This document shows positions 12,331 to 26,190 of a stretch of DNA of 64,000 nucleotides, piece after piece. The translations under genes were made by a program, and so were the position numbers. The notes below the pieces were generated by a model that saw only the letters and a list, made by a program, of their open reading frames with translations, searched no databases and was not told the origin of the DNA. Numbering within the stretch: position 1 is the first letter of the stretch; every line of letters begins with the position of its first letter. The stretch covers positions 96,782,001-96,846,000 of the forward strand of contig OZ024741.1 in assembly GCA_964016885.1 (NCBI GenBank). Reading direction: 5' to 3'. Source of the DNA: Eledone cirrhosa. Lineage: Eukaryota.

Positions 12331-12659
12331 TCTCAGTAATAAAAGAACGTGGCATTCCTCCGATTCATTCGGCATTCTTGCGAAATTAAATCTAGGGTAA
12401 CATCGTATATACTTACACATATTTCCATCTACATGTGCATACACACACATACACATATACACACACAAATACACTCACACAAATAATCAAACATCTACAC
12501 ATTATTGCTCATTTGCCATTCCCCATTCTCATTGAGTAATAGGTATACTGGAGATGGTATGTCTTTAAGAGTTTGTCGATGTATCAGCACTTATACTTGT
12601 GTGTATATCTTTGAACGCGTTCATATGTTTATGAAAATACATAGACACGCAAAGATAAG

Positions 12660-12677
12660 CACACACACACACACACA

Positions 12678-12746
<69 letters not shown>

Positions 12747-12845
12747 ACACCCCCACACCCCACACCCCCACACACACATACATACGCACACACACGCGCA
12801 CGCGCGCGCACACACACACGCACAAACAAATACACAATCACACAT
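12660..12845. repeat. (CA)n-rich microsatellite
   Basis: Direct reading. Confidence 0.9.
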
Positions 12846-14907
12846 GTATAAATGTCTGTTTAATGTCTTCGTGTGCATCGATATATTAAAGTGAATATAC
12901 CTGTGCCTCTGCATAAATATGAGTTCGTCTGGCATTTAATGGAGTGATCGCAGTGTTAGAGCACCACACCCCACCTCATTCCAATGAAGCGATGATGGAT
13001 ATCCATGGTACAAACGGAAACATGCTTTGATTACCGCATTCTATTATATTAATGCTATATGGAATAAATTTGCAACTTCCTGTGACGTAACTAGTGTTTC
13101 GAAAACTGTTTAGAAATTCATGTTGTGTAATAACTTTCAGGAAATCACGCCTACAGAAGTATTTCTGTGACGTCAAATTTTTCGTTAAAGTTAATTAGAA
13201 TTTCTTATACCATATTCATCTAGAAATATCTATGAGATCATATCTTTCGGAAATTGGTTATAGCATCCTCATGTTAAGTATAATTAAGCATCATATGCCC
13301 GCGCAAAAAATCCAAACGCACACGCGCACACACATATCCACATACATACACACGCATATATATTTATACATATATGTATGTAAAATTGTATATATAAAAC
13401 AACATATAGCAACTCGTATGGATATTTTTACTTGTGATAAACAAACATATTTTGATTTCAGTATTTCAGCTGCAAATATTTCACTGCTACCTCAGGAACG
13501 AGGTTAAGAGCGACGATGAATTTCAATGTCTTTACACATCGTCAGTGCATGATTGCTTGCTGACATATTTCCTAACAGCAAACTAATAGTTTGTATATAA
13601 ACGGGTAACTCTGCCTGTGTATGTTCACAGTTGTGTGAATGTGTGAGTATATATGGATGTGTGGATCAATTTTGTGTATTGTTTACATTTTATCTAGCTA
13701 ATAGACATAACTTAACGTACTTTATGCGTCGTTTTCATTTTCAAGCGTAAGCTAAGAACCGAAAACTATAAATTTTCCTTTCGCACGGCACCATGTAACA
13801 ATCACATTCAGAACTACTTGCGAAGGCGGACTGACGCCCGTCTCTTCGGAATGCCGGTTTTGCTAATATTAATGCAAGCAATTTTCTATGTTTTCACCTA
13901 TTCATAAATAAATCAATTGAAACAAAATATAAACTTTCATCTAGTAGTAGTGTAGTAATAATTCTGCGAATGGGACTATATTACTAATTCCCTGATGATA
14001 ATACATATAGATAATCAGTTTTATCATGGCATAGCACAATTAATTAATCATTTCCTAATGGTAACGTATTAATTTTGTAATGGTAGTGTACTAGTAATTT
14101 CATAAAGTCTATATTAAAGTGTTTAGCCCTTTGTAAATGATATAAGTCCCTATACAGTTATACATTCTTTTATCACGACACCACTGAGATTAATTAAAAA
14201 AATATCTGCTGAGACCTATTAGTGATTGGAAACTTATAGGATGTTCTTTCCGATATATTCCACGGAATAACGCTCATATACGCACACACACTTAGACACT
14301 TATATGCGTTTGCGAGCATATAAATAGACACAAACGCATACACCGAGACATGTAAATATAGTTGCACAGACGCAATAAAAGAGTATACTTTGAAACCTAA
14401 TGTAGCGATTATTTTTTCAGCGCTATTGATAATAGAACGTTCTTTTTCCGTCATCTATTTTACAGAATCCTTTGACAGTACAACTACGCACGCGCACGCA
14501 CGCATACACAGACACATACATGTATATATGCTTTGCAGTTAATGTTCGGTTACATATTCATAGGTATAAAGATAACCACACGCATTTACTGATGAGGCGT
14601 TGCCATGTATATGGCAGAGTTGTAGTTCTTAAATGTATTTCTGTTGACTGGTACTCGATTTCCCCCATTACACTGGTTAATGCACACAGTGAAGGATTAA
14701 CCTGTGCCTGGAACTATAAACATATGTTAAGGAAATCTTATCTACAAGGCTATGTGTTATGATGCTTTTATTAAGCAAGTAAACTGTTAATTGCTATTAG
14801 AATTGGATCAGTTTATTATGCTGAAAATAATAGCATTTATTAGTATTTTTCAATTGTATTTATATTATTCTAAAAATTCTGGTATTGTATTTTTAATACT
14901 TTTGTAG

Positions 14908-15112
14908 GGTGGCATTGGTAGAGCGTCACCCCAAATGTTTTGCATTATTTAGTTAAGACATTCTACCCCCTGAGTTCAAACCCGGTTGAGGTCAACTTTG
15001 CCTTTCATCCCTCTGGGTCTATAAAATAATGTCTTTGACAAATACTGGGTCAATATAATCGAACTTCTCATTCCCCCAAATTGCTTGCAATGTGACAATG
15101 TCAGAAAGACTT
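14908..15112 (+). mobile_element. Diverged copy of the tRNA-derived SINE
   Basis: GGTAGAGCGTC...CTGAGTTCAAACCC...GAGGTCAACTTTGCCTTTCATCC. Confidence 0.75.
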
Positions 15113-15904
15113 ACTGGTACAAATGTTAACATTTCAGCATAATACGGCGGGAAGCACAATTTAAGTCAAAGGGCACAATGTATATACTAAACTGTGCATT
15201 ATCTGCTAATTAAATCCTACCTTAGAAATCGTTAGAACTTGCAGTTTTCAAACAGGAAAAAATCACAGTGAATAAAGTAATTTTCGTTACACAGTATCTG
15301 ACGAAATTTAAACAAAATATAATTGCTTTTCGAATGACTTTCACCATACATGGGTTGGATAAGTATCAACTAAAGTTAAACTACAGAGAAAGAAAATATC
15401 ATCATTGCTATCTCTGCCATTAGTATAACCGACATCTCCTTCTTAGCAGAAATATAAATCATTATTAAGCGCACAATTCAACACTGAATAGACGTTTCAA
15501 TCTTGTAGAATTAGCCCATCATATAAAAGGAAGGATGCAATTCAGTCAGGAAATGTTATTCTAAATACATTAACTTTAAAAATTATGATGTTGACAATGG
15601 GAAAAGATTTTCTCATAGGTTTGATTGATAGGGGCTGAATTGCGGATAATCAGCCAGCACAGAAAATAACAAAAACAAAAATCCAAAAAAACAAGTTCAA
15701 ACTAGCAACAGTAGCAACAGTGACAAGAACATTTACAATATAGATTTGAATAACTTTATTCAGATTTTAGGTGGATTTTGCTACAAGTATAAAATTGAAA
15801 ATCGATAAATATTTGGCTAACATCTCTATTGATTAATGAATATTCTGAATAGTGTATCAATCATTTCCTCTTTCTCTCTCGCACCACACCTATCTCTCTT
15901 TCTC

Positions 15905-16978
<1,074 letters not shown>

Positions 16979-17798
16979 CTTTCATAAACGAGAACTCTAC
17001 AGAATACGAACGACATCAGAATAATGAAAGAAAATTGGTACATGAATAAAAAAGATAATATGAATTAATGAAAGGCTGCCCTTTACCAATTCTTGTCACA
17101 TGAGGATATTTTATACGCAGATTTTCAACGAACGATTGGCTTCACAATTAATTTTGATAGAAATGTCAGTACTGGAATGTTGTTCCGCTTTGAAGGAAGA
17201 AACAATTGATGTTCTAGAGACTTTTTAATTGTTATCCCTTTCAGAGTGATCAAGTATTTATTGTGCTGGTTTATGTCATTTAATTACTAAATTGCTTCAC
17301 ATTTTCTTTAGAAGTGTTCCTCCGAAGCTGGTAATGGGTGTTGATTTTAAGTGAAGAGCAAAAGATGCTGATATTTAAAATTCTATTCACGACTCCTCAC
17401 ACACTTTTTGTTATATATTTTTATATCGCATTTTTAAATGTTGCTCAGGGCAATTTAACAGCAATTGCATTTCTGAAATACATTTCATTTTCTGTATTCT
17501 TCTTTTTATTTGACTTCGAAGTGTTTGTAAAAATCTTCAGGAATACGTAATATCTCTACTTTCTCCACATTACACGCATATATAAGAGAACATGATTCAT
17601 CAAGTAGTTAATCCTGTTAGATTAAAATGATTATAGTTGTTATTTCATTACGTAATATATTCTACATAGAAATATATACATTTCTCATTAATATGTTGTG
17701 TATGTGTGTTAAAACAACGTTTTTTTACAGTTGTAGAATTTATATGAAAAAGGAAATATTATGTGCATTTTTCTTAAAGCATTTGCTATCGAAATTGA

Positions 17799-17955
17799 AG
17801 GCGGCAAATTGATAGAGTCATTAGAACGGCGCATAGAATGTTCAGCGTATTCATTTCGGCTTTCGACTGTCTGAGTTCAAATCCCGCCAAAATCAACTTT
17901 GATTTTCATTCATTCGAGGTCGATAAAACGTACCAGTCTGGTATTGGGGTCAATT
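17799..17955 (+). mobile_element. Diverged copy of the tRNA-derived SINE
   Basis: CTGAGTTCAAATCCCGCC..CAACTTTG..TTTCAT..GAGGTCGATAAA..GTACCAG. Confidence 0.75.
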
Positions 17956-19056
17956 TTTCCTCTATATCTCTTTTACACTTCCACCCTCTCACTCTCTCTA
18001 TCCTTCTTTGGAAGAAATATGCGTTATTTATACAGCGAGGGGATTGGGCTAAGCAAGCTCGAAAATGCCCTAGGAATGCTAAATCACAATACGGTGCCTC
18101 TACGACTCCGTCTTGGTTCACGTCAGTGAAGATGATGTATGTCTTTGTTATTTAGGGCTTATGGGTGTCATTATTAGTATACAATTCATCCAGAATTATA
18201 TTTTGATAGAGTATTGCCACATAACAACGTGAGCGTTAGATTCAATTTAAGGGAATGAGATAGAGAAAATTGATCGGTAGTGTTAGAATCTCTCAAATCA
18301 CTATTAAATCCTTGGTTTGTAAGCCGAGCATTACCATACTAGTTTTAATCTTGTATTGTCAGTTTTTGTAATCACTACTTCATCATTCTTCATTATCCAA
18401 TAAAATATTCAGATAGTGTTTTTTTGTTTGTTTTCCATTAGCAGAAATACTGAGATGCAGTTCCTCATTGAGCAGACATCTACCATTAACCCATGGATTG
18501 GTTGCTCCGCTAGACGAACAAACACTGAAAACTGCGTTACCTTTTTATCAGCTTTTAATTCTCAGTGCAACCACCATTCCTGATACTCGAATAGATCGTC
18601 GCGTAACTTTGCACGGATGACTGTCGGGTACTATGCCTTGCCAAAGGGTAATCCGGTATTTGGTCTGCGACTGCCTATTCAATATATTCGCACCTCACAT
18701 ACATATCTAAAGGCCTATCCTCTATCCGACACTCGAGGACAAGGTGTTATGGCAATATCTTCTCAAAGACACAGCTAGTTATTTTAAATATATTTCACAA
18801 AATGAATACTTTCACGTACATATATAGAAATGCACATAAATATACATGTAACAACGTGTATCTTTAAATAGCTTGAAAAACTAAGGTATAAGTATATACA
18901 CACACGCACTCGTGCGTGTACCAACAATTATCTAATCCAAATATATGCCCGCACATACGTCGACATAAATTGCATATATGCCTAAATGACACCCTCAAAA
19001 CACAGATATCTGTATTCATACATACATACTTACATACACACACACGCACACACACG

Positions 19057-19087
<31 letters not shown>

Positions 19088-19101
19088 TTGTGTGTGTGCA
19101 T

Positions 19102-19145
<44 letters not shown>

Positions 19146-19448
19146 GTGTGTGCATGAATATATATATATATATTCATGTAAATATATACTGATAGATAGA
19201 CGTTTATGTAAATACATGAATGCACATTGACAACACCAACAACACATGTACCTAACGTGACACTCACAGGCCAACCGATGCACACACTTTTATACAAATA
19301 CACATCTAGAGGATGCAATACCTGTACTACAGTGGTGGAATTGTATAGACTGCAACATCTTTAAATGTATCAACTGATAAGTATTATAAACACTTCTATT
19401 GTGATGTTATATTCTTAAGATTTTCCCTGCTCACCTCAGCATGTTTGC

Positions 19449-19715
19449 CTTCTTCTTCTTCTTCTTCTTCTTCTTCTTCTTCTTCTTCTTCTTCTTCTTC
19501 TTCTTCTTCTTCTTCTTCTTCTTCTTCTCATACCTATTTTGGTGTGGTCATGGAAGCAGATTCCTCAATCACGCCTTGCAGTGATTCCTGTCAGCAGCAA
19601 ACTATCACCAATTGATACAGTTTGATTCCCAAGCGAAACTAGCCGAGCACAGTCTTGTTATACACCTCTATTGTACTTCGGCTAGTTGCTCTTGTTCTTC
19701 TGCTGATTAGGTAAG
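19449..19715 (-). mobile_element. (GAA)n tail with possible decayed RTE-type LINE 3' end
   Basis: (CTT)n at 19449-19527. The adjacent minus strand gives AADRNHCK, like the A-x-DR-xx-WR end of RTE ORFs. Confidence 0.35.
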
Positions 19716-22700
19716 AAAGAGTAAAAGGGCGATGGGACATTCACCCATTTCATTGACGTTTTAGTGCAACTGTGTGTATGTATGTATGTTATTGTTAATG
19801 TGTCGCTTATATCCACTTACCCCCTTATGTGAACGAGGACATTCCCTCAAAAGGTCACCATAATTTAATCCTAAATATATAGATAAACGCCTTTCTAGAA
19901 AAACAAACATTATGCTCTAATTATTATATCTGGTATTTTATAGATGTTGAAATTGTAATTGTTCCATATGGAACCTTTTGTTTTTATGTAAATTATTTTC
20001 CATTATTACATCAAGTAAAACCTTCAGTAGGTTATTTTAGTTCGCAAGTAAGGTTAAAGAAGTGCAAACGATTTGTTCTGAAAATGAATCTTTAAGCAAG
20101 CAATAAGGACACATTTTGTGTGCACGTTATTATTATTATACCTTGTATAATGATTGATTTTAATAGAGTGTGATTTTATCCAGAAGCAAAGCACTGATAG
20201 AGATTCAGTGTAAATAATAAGTGATAAAAAACAGAGAATAACTACAAACTTAAAATTACGCACAAACACATACACAAACATACACAAAACGCATACACAG
20301 ACACATACATGTACACACATACACACTCACATATAAAAATATATACAGTTACACGCACACACACACACACACATACATACACACATATATATATATATAT
20401 AATTATGGTGAGGTATGTGCTCTTTCGAATTAAGGAATCCCTTTTGTTATTCAATTACGGCAGAAAATCAAAGAGTTGCATACCTTAAGCATTATCAATT
20501 ATCAATGTCATCCTGGTCTTTTTTTATTGATTTGTTTAAGTTTCTGCAGTTAACAATGGAAGATAGAAAATCAGTCTCAGGTGGAGATATTGCACATTTA
20601 AAAGCGGAAATGAACTGTCAACCACCGTTTGTAATAGATTGCTAATTGAATATTTCATTAGTTGAGAAATGTATACTTGGTTTGGGTTAGGTTATAGCTG
20701 TTGTTGATTAGCTCGAAGGTTAACACAGACACAGTTCCATGATCAAAGGAAATCCAGATAATACGAATGACATTTTTACTCAGTTGGATTAAGTGACGAT
20801 ATACGTATTCCGGCTAAGCCTCGTACGTTCTTATCATTGTCTCACTGCTGTTATTTTACTAGAATAGCCATATCCCAATTTTGTCTGACTAATGGCTGTT
20901 GACTCAGAATTGCTTTTTACCGTTTGAAAAACGAACACAAAAACAGTAATGCTTACACTCAATGACATAGCCTACAGGATTCTAAATATCTTACACAAAC
21001 CCAGATAGATAACTGTTTCAACTAAGCCGCCTTGACTCAACATGGTGAACAAATTTACAGTCGGATTTCAGTCAATCTATCATCATATCAGAATTGGAAT
21101 AATTAACTCTAATCAGGTTAACGGGATGGAATTATGATTTTGTACCAATACTTCTGCGATTCAATTACAAGATGATTTTAAGAATAGGTGTAGTTGAGTA
21201 TTTAATAACGTCCAGGGATGGTTTTCTCAGTGTTTATTTACATACGGTGTACAGTTCGCACACATCTATAATCAGCCCATCGAATGATTGGTACAATTAC
21301 GCTCTATTGTTTTTATACAACGTATTGTGTCCCATGATTCTGCCTATTCAACTGCTAATACGGGGACATCTGCACATCGAAAAGAATTGACGTATTTGCA
21401 CCTCAAAACATGCTCATTGCCTTCCTTTGCCTCATATTTCTTAATGTCACTTATTGAGTCTACATCCGTGGTTGCAGATTAAACACATCATTCTATAAAT
21501 GCGACACACTGGTCTTCTCTTCTTTCTCATGTATTAATGCGGGCATTCCTTCAAGAGAAATACAACTCTGATGTCGCTGATCGCAGAGAGTCTATTAAAA
21601 CTGCAGCCTCATTCTCCACACCAAATCACATAAGCATACAACTGTTGGGCTGGGAACCAATTGGCTGAACTGAAACATCAGAATGTTTAGGAGATAAGGA
21701 ATGCTGTACGCTGGGATAATTTGAGATATTTGGCCTGACTAGGCATTGATAAGAAAAGTTGATATGAGGTAAAACAGAACCTGGGGAAGTTTATCCGTTA
21801 GGGATTCAGATACATGTTGAGATTAAATTGGGTAGACATTTTAGAAGGGAAACGATTTTGATTGCGCATAAGCTTTACCATAGTGGGCGCCTAAGAGCCT
21901 AAATGAGCGGACTCCTCATAAAAATACAAAAATAGAGAAATATGATGATGAGTTCTTTGACTGAGAGAAGGAAGTGGTTGACAGGTTCTTGAAGTTAGTG
22001 GACATACATTTTCTGTTTTGATACATATGAACAACCCAGATACAATGAGTTTGAAGAGTGGCAAGGAACATACTAGATTGTATTTCATCGGATAGTGCAA
22101 TCGTATGACGCTGTAACCACAGATTTCTGTACTAATTGGCATTTTGTTTACACCGTGAAACATATTCCAACGCATTATCCTCAAATCAGTTGCTCTTATA
22201 ATGAAGTGGAATCTCTTTAAGTAGATGAGAGTTAACAAAATAAAACGAAAGAAACAAATAGTAAAATATATCATATATTATTCTACTTACCGTGAAAGCT
22301 ATTCTATTTCATATTAGTTTGCACAAATATTGTTCATGTCATCTACATACGATCTATTGCGATAACTTGTGTAACGCAACATACATGGATTATAAACTGT
22401 AATAACATCTGGAATGTTGACCAATCTAGAGCCGCGAATAAAATCTTTTTTGCAGCAGAATAAAGAATGGCAAATTTTCTGAAATAAGATGATTTCTTTT
22501 CAACACAAATAGTTGGCGGACAGTTCACAAAATCGCAACGCGGTGAATATAGATTGAATGAACAAATAAAGAAAGTTCCAGATAAAATTGTTCACTTGCT
22601 TCAATGCATCGATTATTTATGAGGTAAAGGAAGGGAGCAATGTCATTGTATTTTTTCCACTAATGTCCATGTCGAAGTTGAACGACAATCCGATTAACAT

Positions 22701-22872
22701 TACTAATGATCCCAAATTCTTTGACTATTTGTAGAGATGGTGGCGCTTTGCAAATATAATTACGCTCCTTTGAGAAGTCAAGTAATGATATCAACGCTCT
22801 CCAAAGCCTACTTCCAAGTATTTTCTCTTGTTCTTCCACATGATATATTTATTATTATTATTACTATTTCTA

Positions 22873-23085
22873 AGTTAGTGGATTGGTAGTATTGCTAGAA
22901 CATGCGATGAAATATTTTGTGGTATATATTATGGCTCGTTAAGTTGTGTGTTCATATCCCACCGTGGCCAAATATGCCGGCGGTATCGATAGACTAAAGT
23001 AGCATTCCAGTTTGCGTTGATGTAATCGACTCTCCATCCACACAAGAAATTGATAGTATAATGCTTATGTTAGAAACAATTATTA
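22873..23085 (+). mobile_element. Highly diverged SINE copy
   Basis: GTGGATTGGTAGTAT...GTTCATATCCC...TCGATA...TTAGAAACAATTATTATT ending. Confidence 0.55.
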
Positions 23086-23384
23086 TTAATATATTTTATT
23101 ATATTTATCAGATTTTTAGTTTTCTACTGTGGTTTTTGGCTTTTTACTGCCCCACTCTATTCCTCATGTGTCAGTAGCCTTGTCTTTTGGGAATGTAGAA
23201 TAGGTTTTATACATTTCATTAGTGTTCATAAATTATAAGATTTTCATTGTACTATGTGATGTTAATTTTATGTTTTGTTTCTCAATGAAATACATAATGT
23301 TTGATAATTGTAGCAGGAACAGCAGCAGTAACAATAGAAATAGTAGTAGTAGTAGAGACACAAAGATCTGAGTCGTCCAAATTG

Positions 23385-24150
23385 GAGGCTAGTGCATGCG
23401 TGTCGGAAATTCTTGTCTACCCCACGGAAATTCTTGTCACACCCATATCTAGTGACCTGAGGTTGTTCAGTAAGAGACCCTCTTGCCAAGACGGCCCCAG
23501 ACCACGAACATTTATTCATCCTGTTGTTATGAGAGCCCTGTTGGCTGGTTGATCAAGGAGAAAAGGTTTACTTACTCCCCGGGTGTTCGTGGAGTTCGGG
23601 TGTTTCTACCTACATTTTTGGTGGGGGTTTCTTTTGGGCATCCCTTTAAAGGATTGCTCGTGGTTTTTGCATTAGGGCTTTCCTCACCACGTGGAAAGCT
23701 CTTCCTTGTAGTCACAGTGAAATTCATAATATCATGAGGTCTTACAGGTGGCCGACGAGTATTTTTGTAGATATTGTTGTTGTCCTTGTTGCTGTTGTTG
23801 CTTGTGTTGTTCTTGTGGTTGTTGTCTTTCACTTATTTCGTTGTTGTTGTTTATGCTTTTAGTGCCGTTCACATTGTTCATTTCGTTGTTGTTATTGCTA
23901 TTGTTGCTCTCGTTTGTTTTGTTTTTGTTGGCAATACTGGCTAAAGTGGTAGTTTTCACAATGGATATGGTGGAGCCGGTGTCATCCGTTTGACCCGCTA
24001 TTATGTGATAGCTGGCTGAACGAGAGGGGCGTATACTGGCAATATGTTTGGAAGAAGAATAGAGTTGAAATATTTCGGTCCAAGGCCCAAATATTATGGC
24101 GTTGCCTTAACACAGGGCAATATGTGGCGCCCTATCAACAGTTGTGACAA
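23385..24150 (-). mobile_element. Decayed L1/Tx1-type LINE fragment (low-complexity ORF1 tail and start of APE ORF2)
   Basis: Minus strand INVRGLGPSWQEGLLLNNLRSLDMGVTRIS (NVRGL at 23498-23512) matches the start of L1-clade APE domains. It lies just after Asn/Gln/Thr/Pro-rich frames ending at 23572. Confidence 0.5.
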
Positions 24151-24248
24151 AAATATAGTGTTGAATGCAATGTAAACGCTTGATGTTAACGAAATTTACG
24201 CAGCGATATTCATATATGTCTTGACAGACAAAACTAAAAGAAAATAAT

Positions 24249-24377
24249 TGTTTCTACTTTTTGGCACACGGCCAGCAATTACCCAGTGCATTACTGGTAC
24301 TTTATTTTATCGACCCCGTAAGTATGAAAGGCAAAGTTGACCTCGGCGGTATTCGAACTCAGAATGGCAAGGGCCCT
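24249..24377 (-). mobile_element. 5'-truncated SINE with 19-bp TSD
   Basis: TSD AAAACTAAAAGAAAATAAT at 24230-24248 and 24378-24396; conserved SINE core. Confidence 0.9.
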
Positions 24378-25639
24378 AAAACTAAAAGAAAATAATAATC
24401 ACTATTATTATTGTTATTGAACATTTATTTTCATCATTATTAATAATTCACATTATGAGAACGTCTCTCTCTCTTTCTGCAAATACTTAATTACATGTCA
24501 GTATACTAAATAATATACGATAGTTTATAGACTACAGTAACTTACCAACGAAAAGTTAATGTAAGGAGGGTGAGAATATGTCTATAGCAGAGTAATCGAA
24601 CATAACTCTTGAACAATTACTATTGATGATTTAGATAGAAACAGGTTATATAGAAATAATCTTCTGTAGGGAACATTCTCATACTACAAACGAAGCGGAT
24701 GGTATTTCAGCCGTCTGTTGATCAGGGACATTACTATATTAATGGCTCGATTATGTATCAGTGTTGAAGAAGAAAATCGTTTGACCGAACTTAACATTTG
24801 TATTGTGAACAGCAAGCCTACTGGAATTAGTATCATTGATTTTCTACGCTAAAGAATTGCTGAAGGTCAGGAAGCAGAATATGGTAGTATTGAGGAAGAC
24901 ATTGAATTACTAAGTAACCCACCTGAAAGAATTTAGCTATATTAGACATTTTGAAGACAACTTTTAAGCAAGTCAAGTTCCATCATTTACACAAATTTTA
25001 TTATTACGATATCGGCTTTTGTTATTATTGTTGTTGTGGTTATTGTCTTTGTTGACGTTACTGTAGTTAGCCTTTCAGTCATAGTCGTTTGTTTTCTTTG
25101 TTCCCTAATACATTTGCTTTGCAGTGCAGCTTTCCGCCTGATTTGAAATAAATCTCAACCGGATAGCATGTTTTTATTCTATGTTAATATACAGTTAGAG
25201 CAATGGATAATCCTGTTGATCGATTATCGGCCACGTAACGTTCGTTTCAAATGTTTTACATATGCATCACAAAATAACTTAGCATTAATGGCTCAGTCCA
25301 CACGGACGAAATTAGGTACCAGCGAAGGACAAAATATACCTTTATAATCACAGAGAGAATAACGGAACTTTTAAATGTTTCATTATCTTGCAGAAGGATG
25401 TCAAATAACTTCCACCGGAATATTAGCCACGATAAAACTGAAATCTTAACCAGCATGACCTTTTGTTAATCTCGGTAACATTAATATCACCCGGTATATT
25501 ATCACAGCATGTTTCTTACGTTGATTAAGAGAAACCGTAATCGTATTTCATGTAGACTTCCGACGGAATGTCTATATGCTGCCGATTTATTACTATTTCA
25601 GATAATGACGCATTAATAAGAAGTGAGATATATAGCATT

Positions 25640-26190
25640 GGACAAGCAAAATCGTTAGGCTACCAAACATAATGAATTGCAGTATTTTCTCTGGGTCTGT
25701 AAACTTTGAGTTCAATTGCCACCGATTTCATGTTTGCCTTTCTTTATTTACTTTGCATAAGGCGTTAAATTTGCCCCCTATCGGTTGAGTGTCGGGAAAA
25801 TGCTTTGCGACGTATATTTACGGCCCGTTACGTTCTGATTTCAAATGCTGCCGAGGTTAGTTTTGTTTTTCATCATGACGGGGTCGATAAAATAAAGTGC
25901 CAGTAACGCACTGGGTCAATTTTATCAACTTTCCCTTGCTCCCAAAATTGTTGGCCTTGTACCTAAATGAGAAACCATTATTATAATTTGGCTAATAAGA
26001 GCAGTGGATTTGCCGTATCGAAAAAGCCCCGGGAAAATATGCTGCGGTATCTAGATCCGGTTCTTCAATTTCTGAGTTCAAATCCCATCGAGAACAGCTT
26101 TGGCTGTCATCCTTCTGTGGTTGACTAGTTAAGTACTGGAGACGGTATCATCGACGTTTCCCTTTGGCTGTCCTAATGCTTGAACTATTT
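25640..26190 (+). mobile_element. Cluster of three diverged SINE copies
   Basis: B-box-like GAGTTCAA / GATTTCAAAT at ~25708, ~25837 and ~26074; GGGGTCGATAAAATAAAGTGCCAG at ~25880. Confidence 0.65.

Noticed and set aside
20930-22200. CR1/L2-like LINE remnants
   Set aside because: Only vague resemblance in short peptides; no diagnostic motif could be read.
23576-24036. Host exon with AG acceptor and GTAAGT donor on the minus strand
   Set aside because: No single open frame spans the two sites, and the adjacent NVRGL motif points to a LINE remnant.
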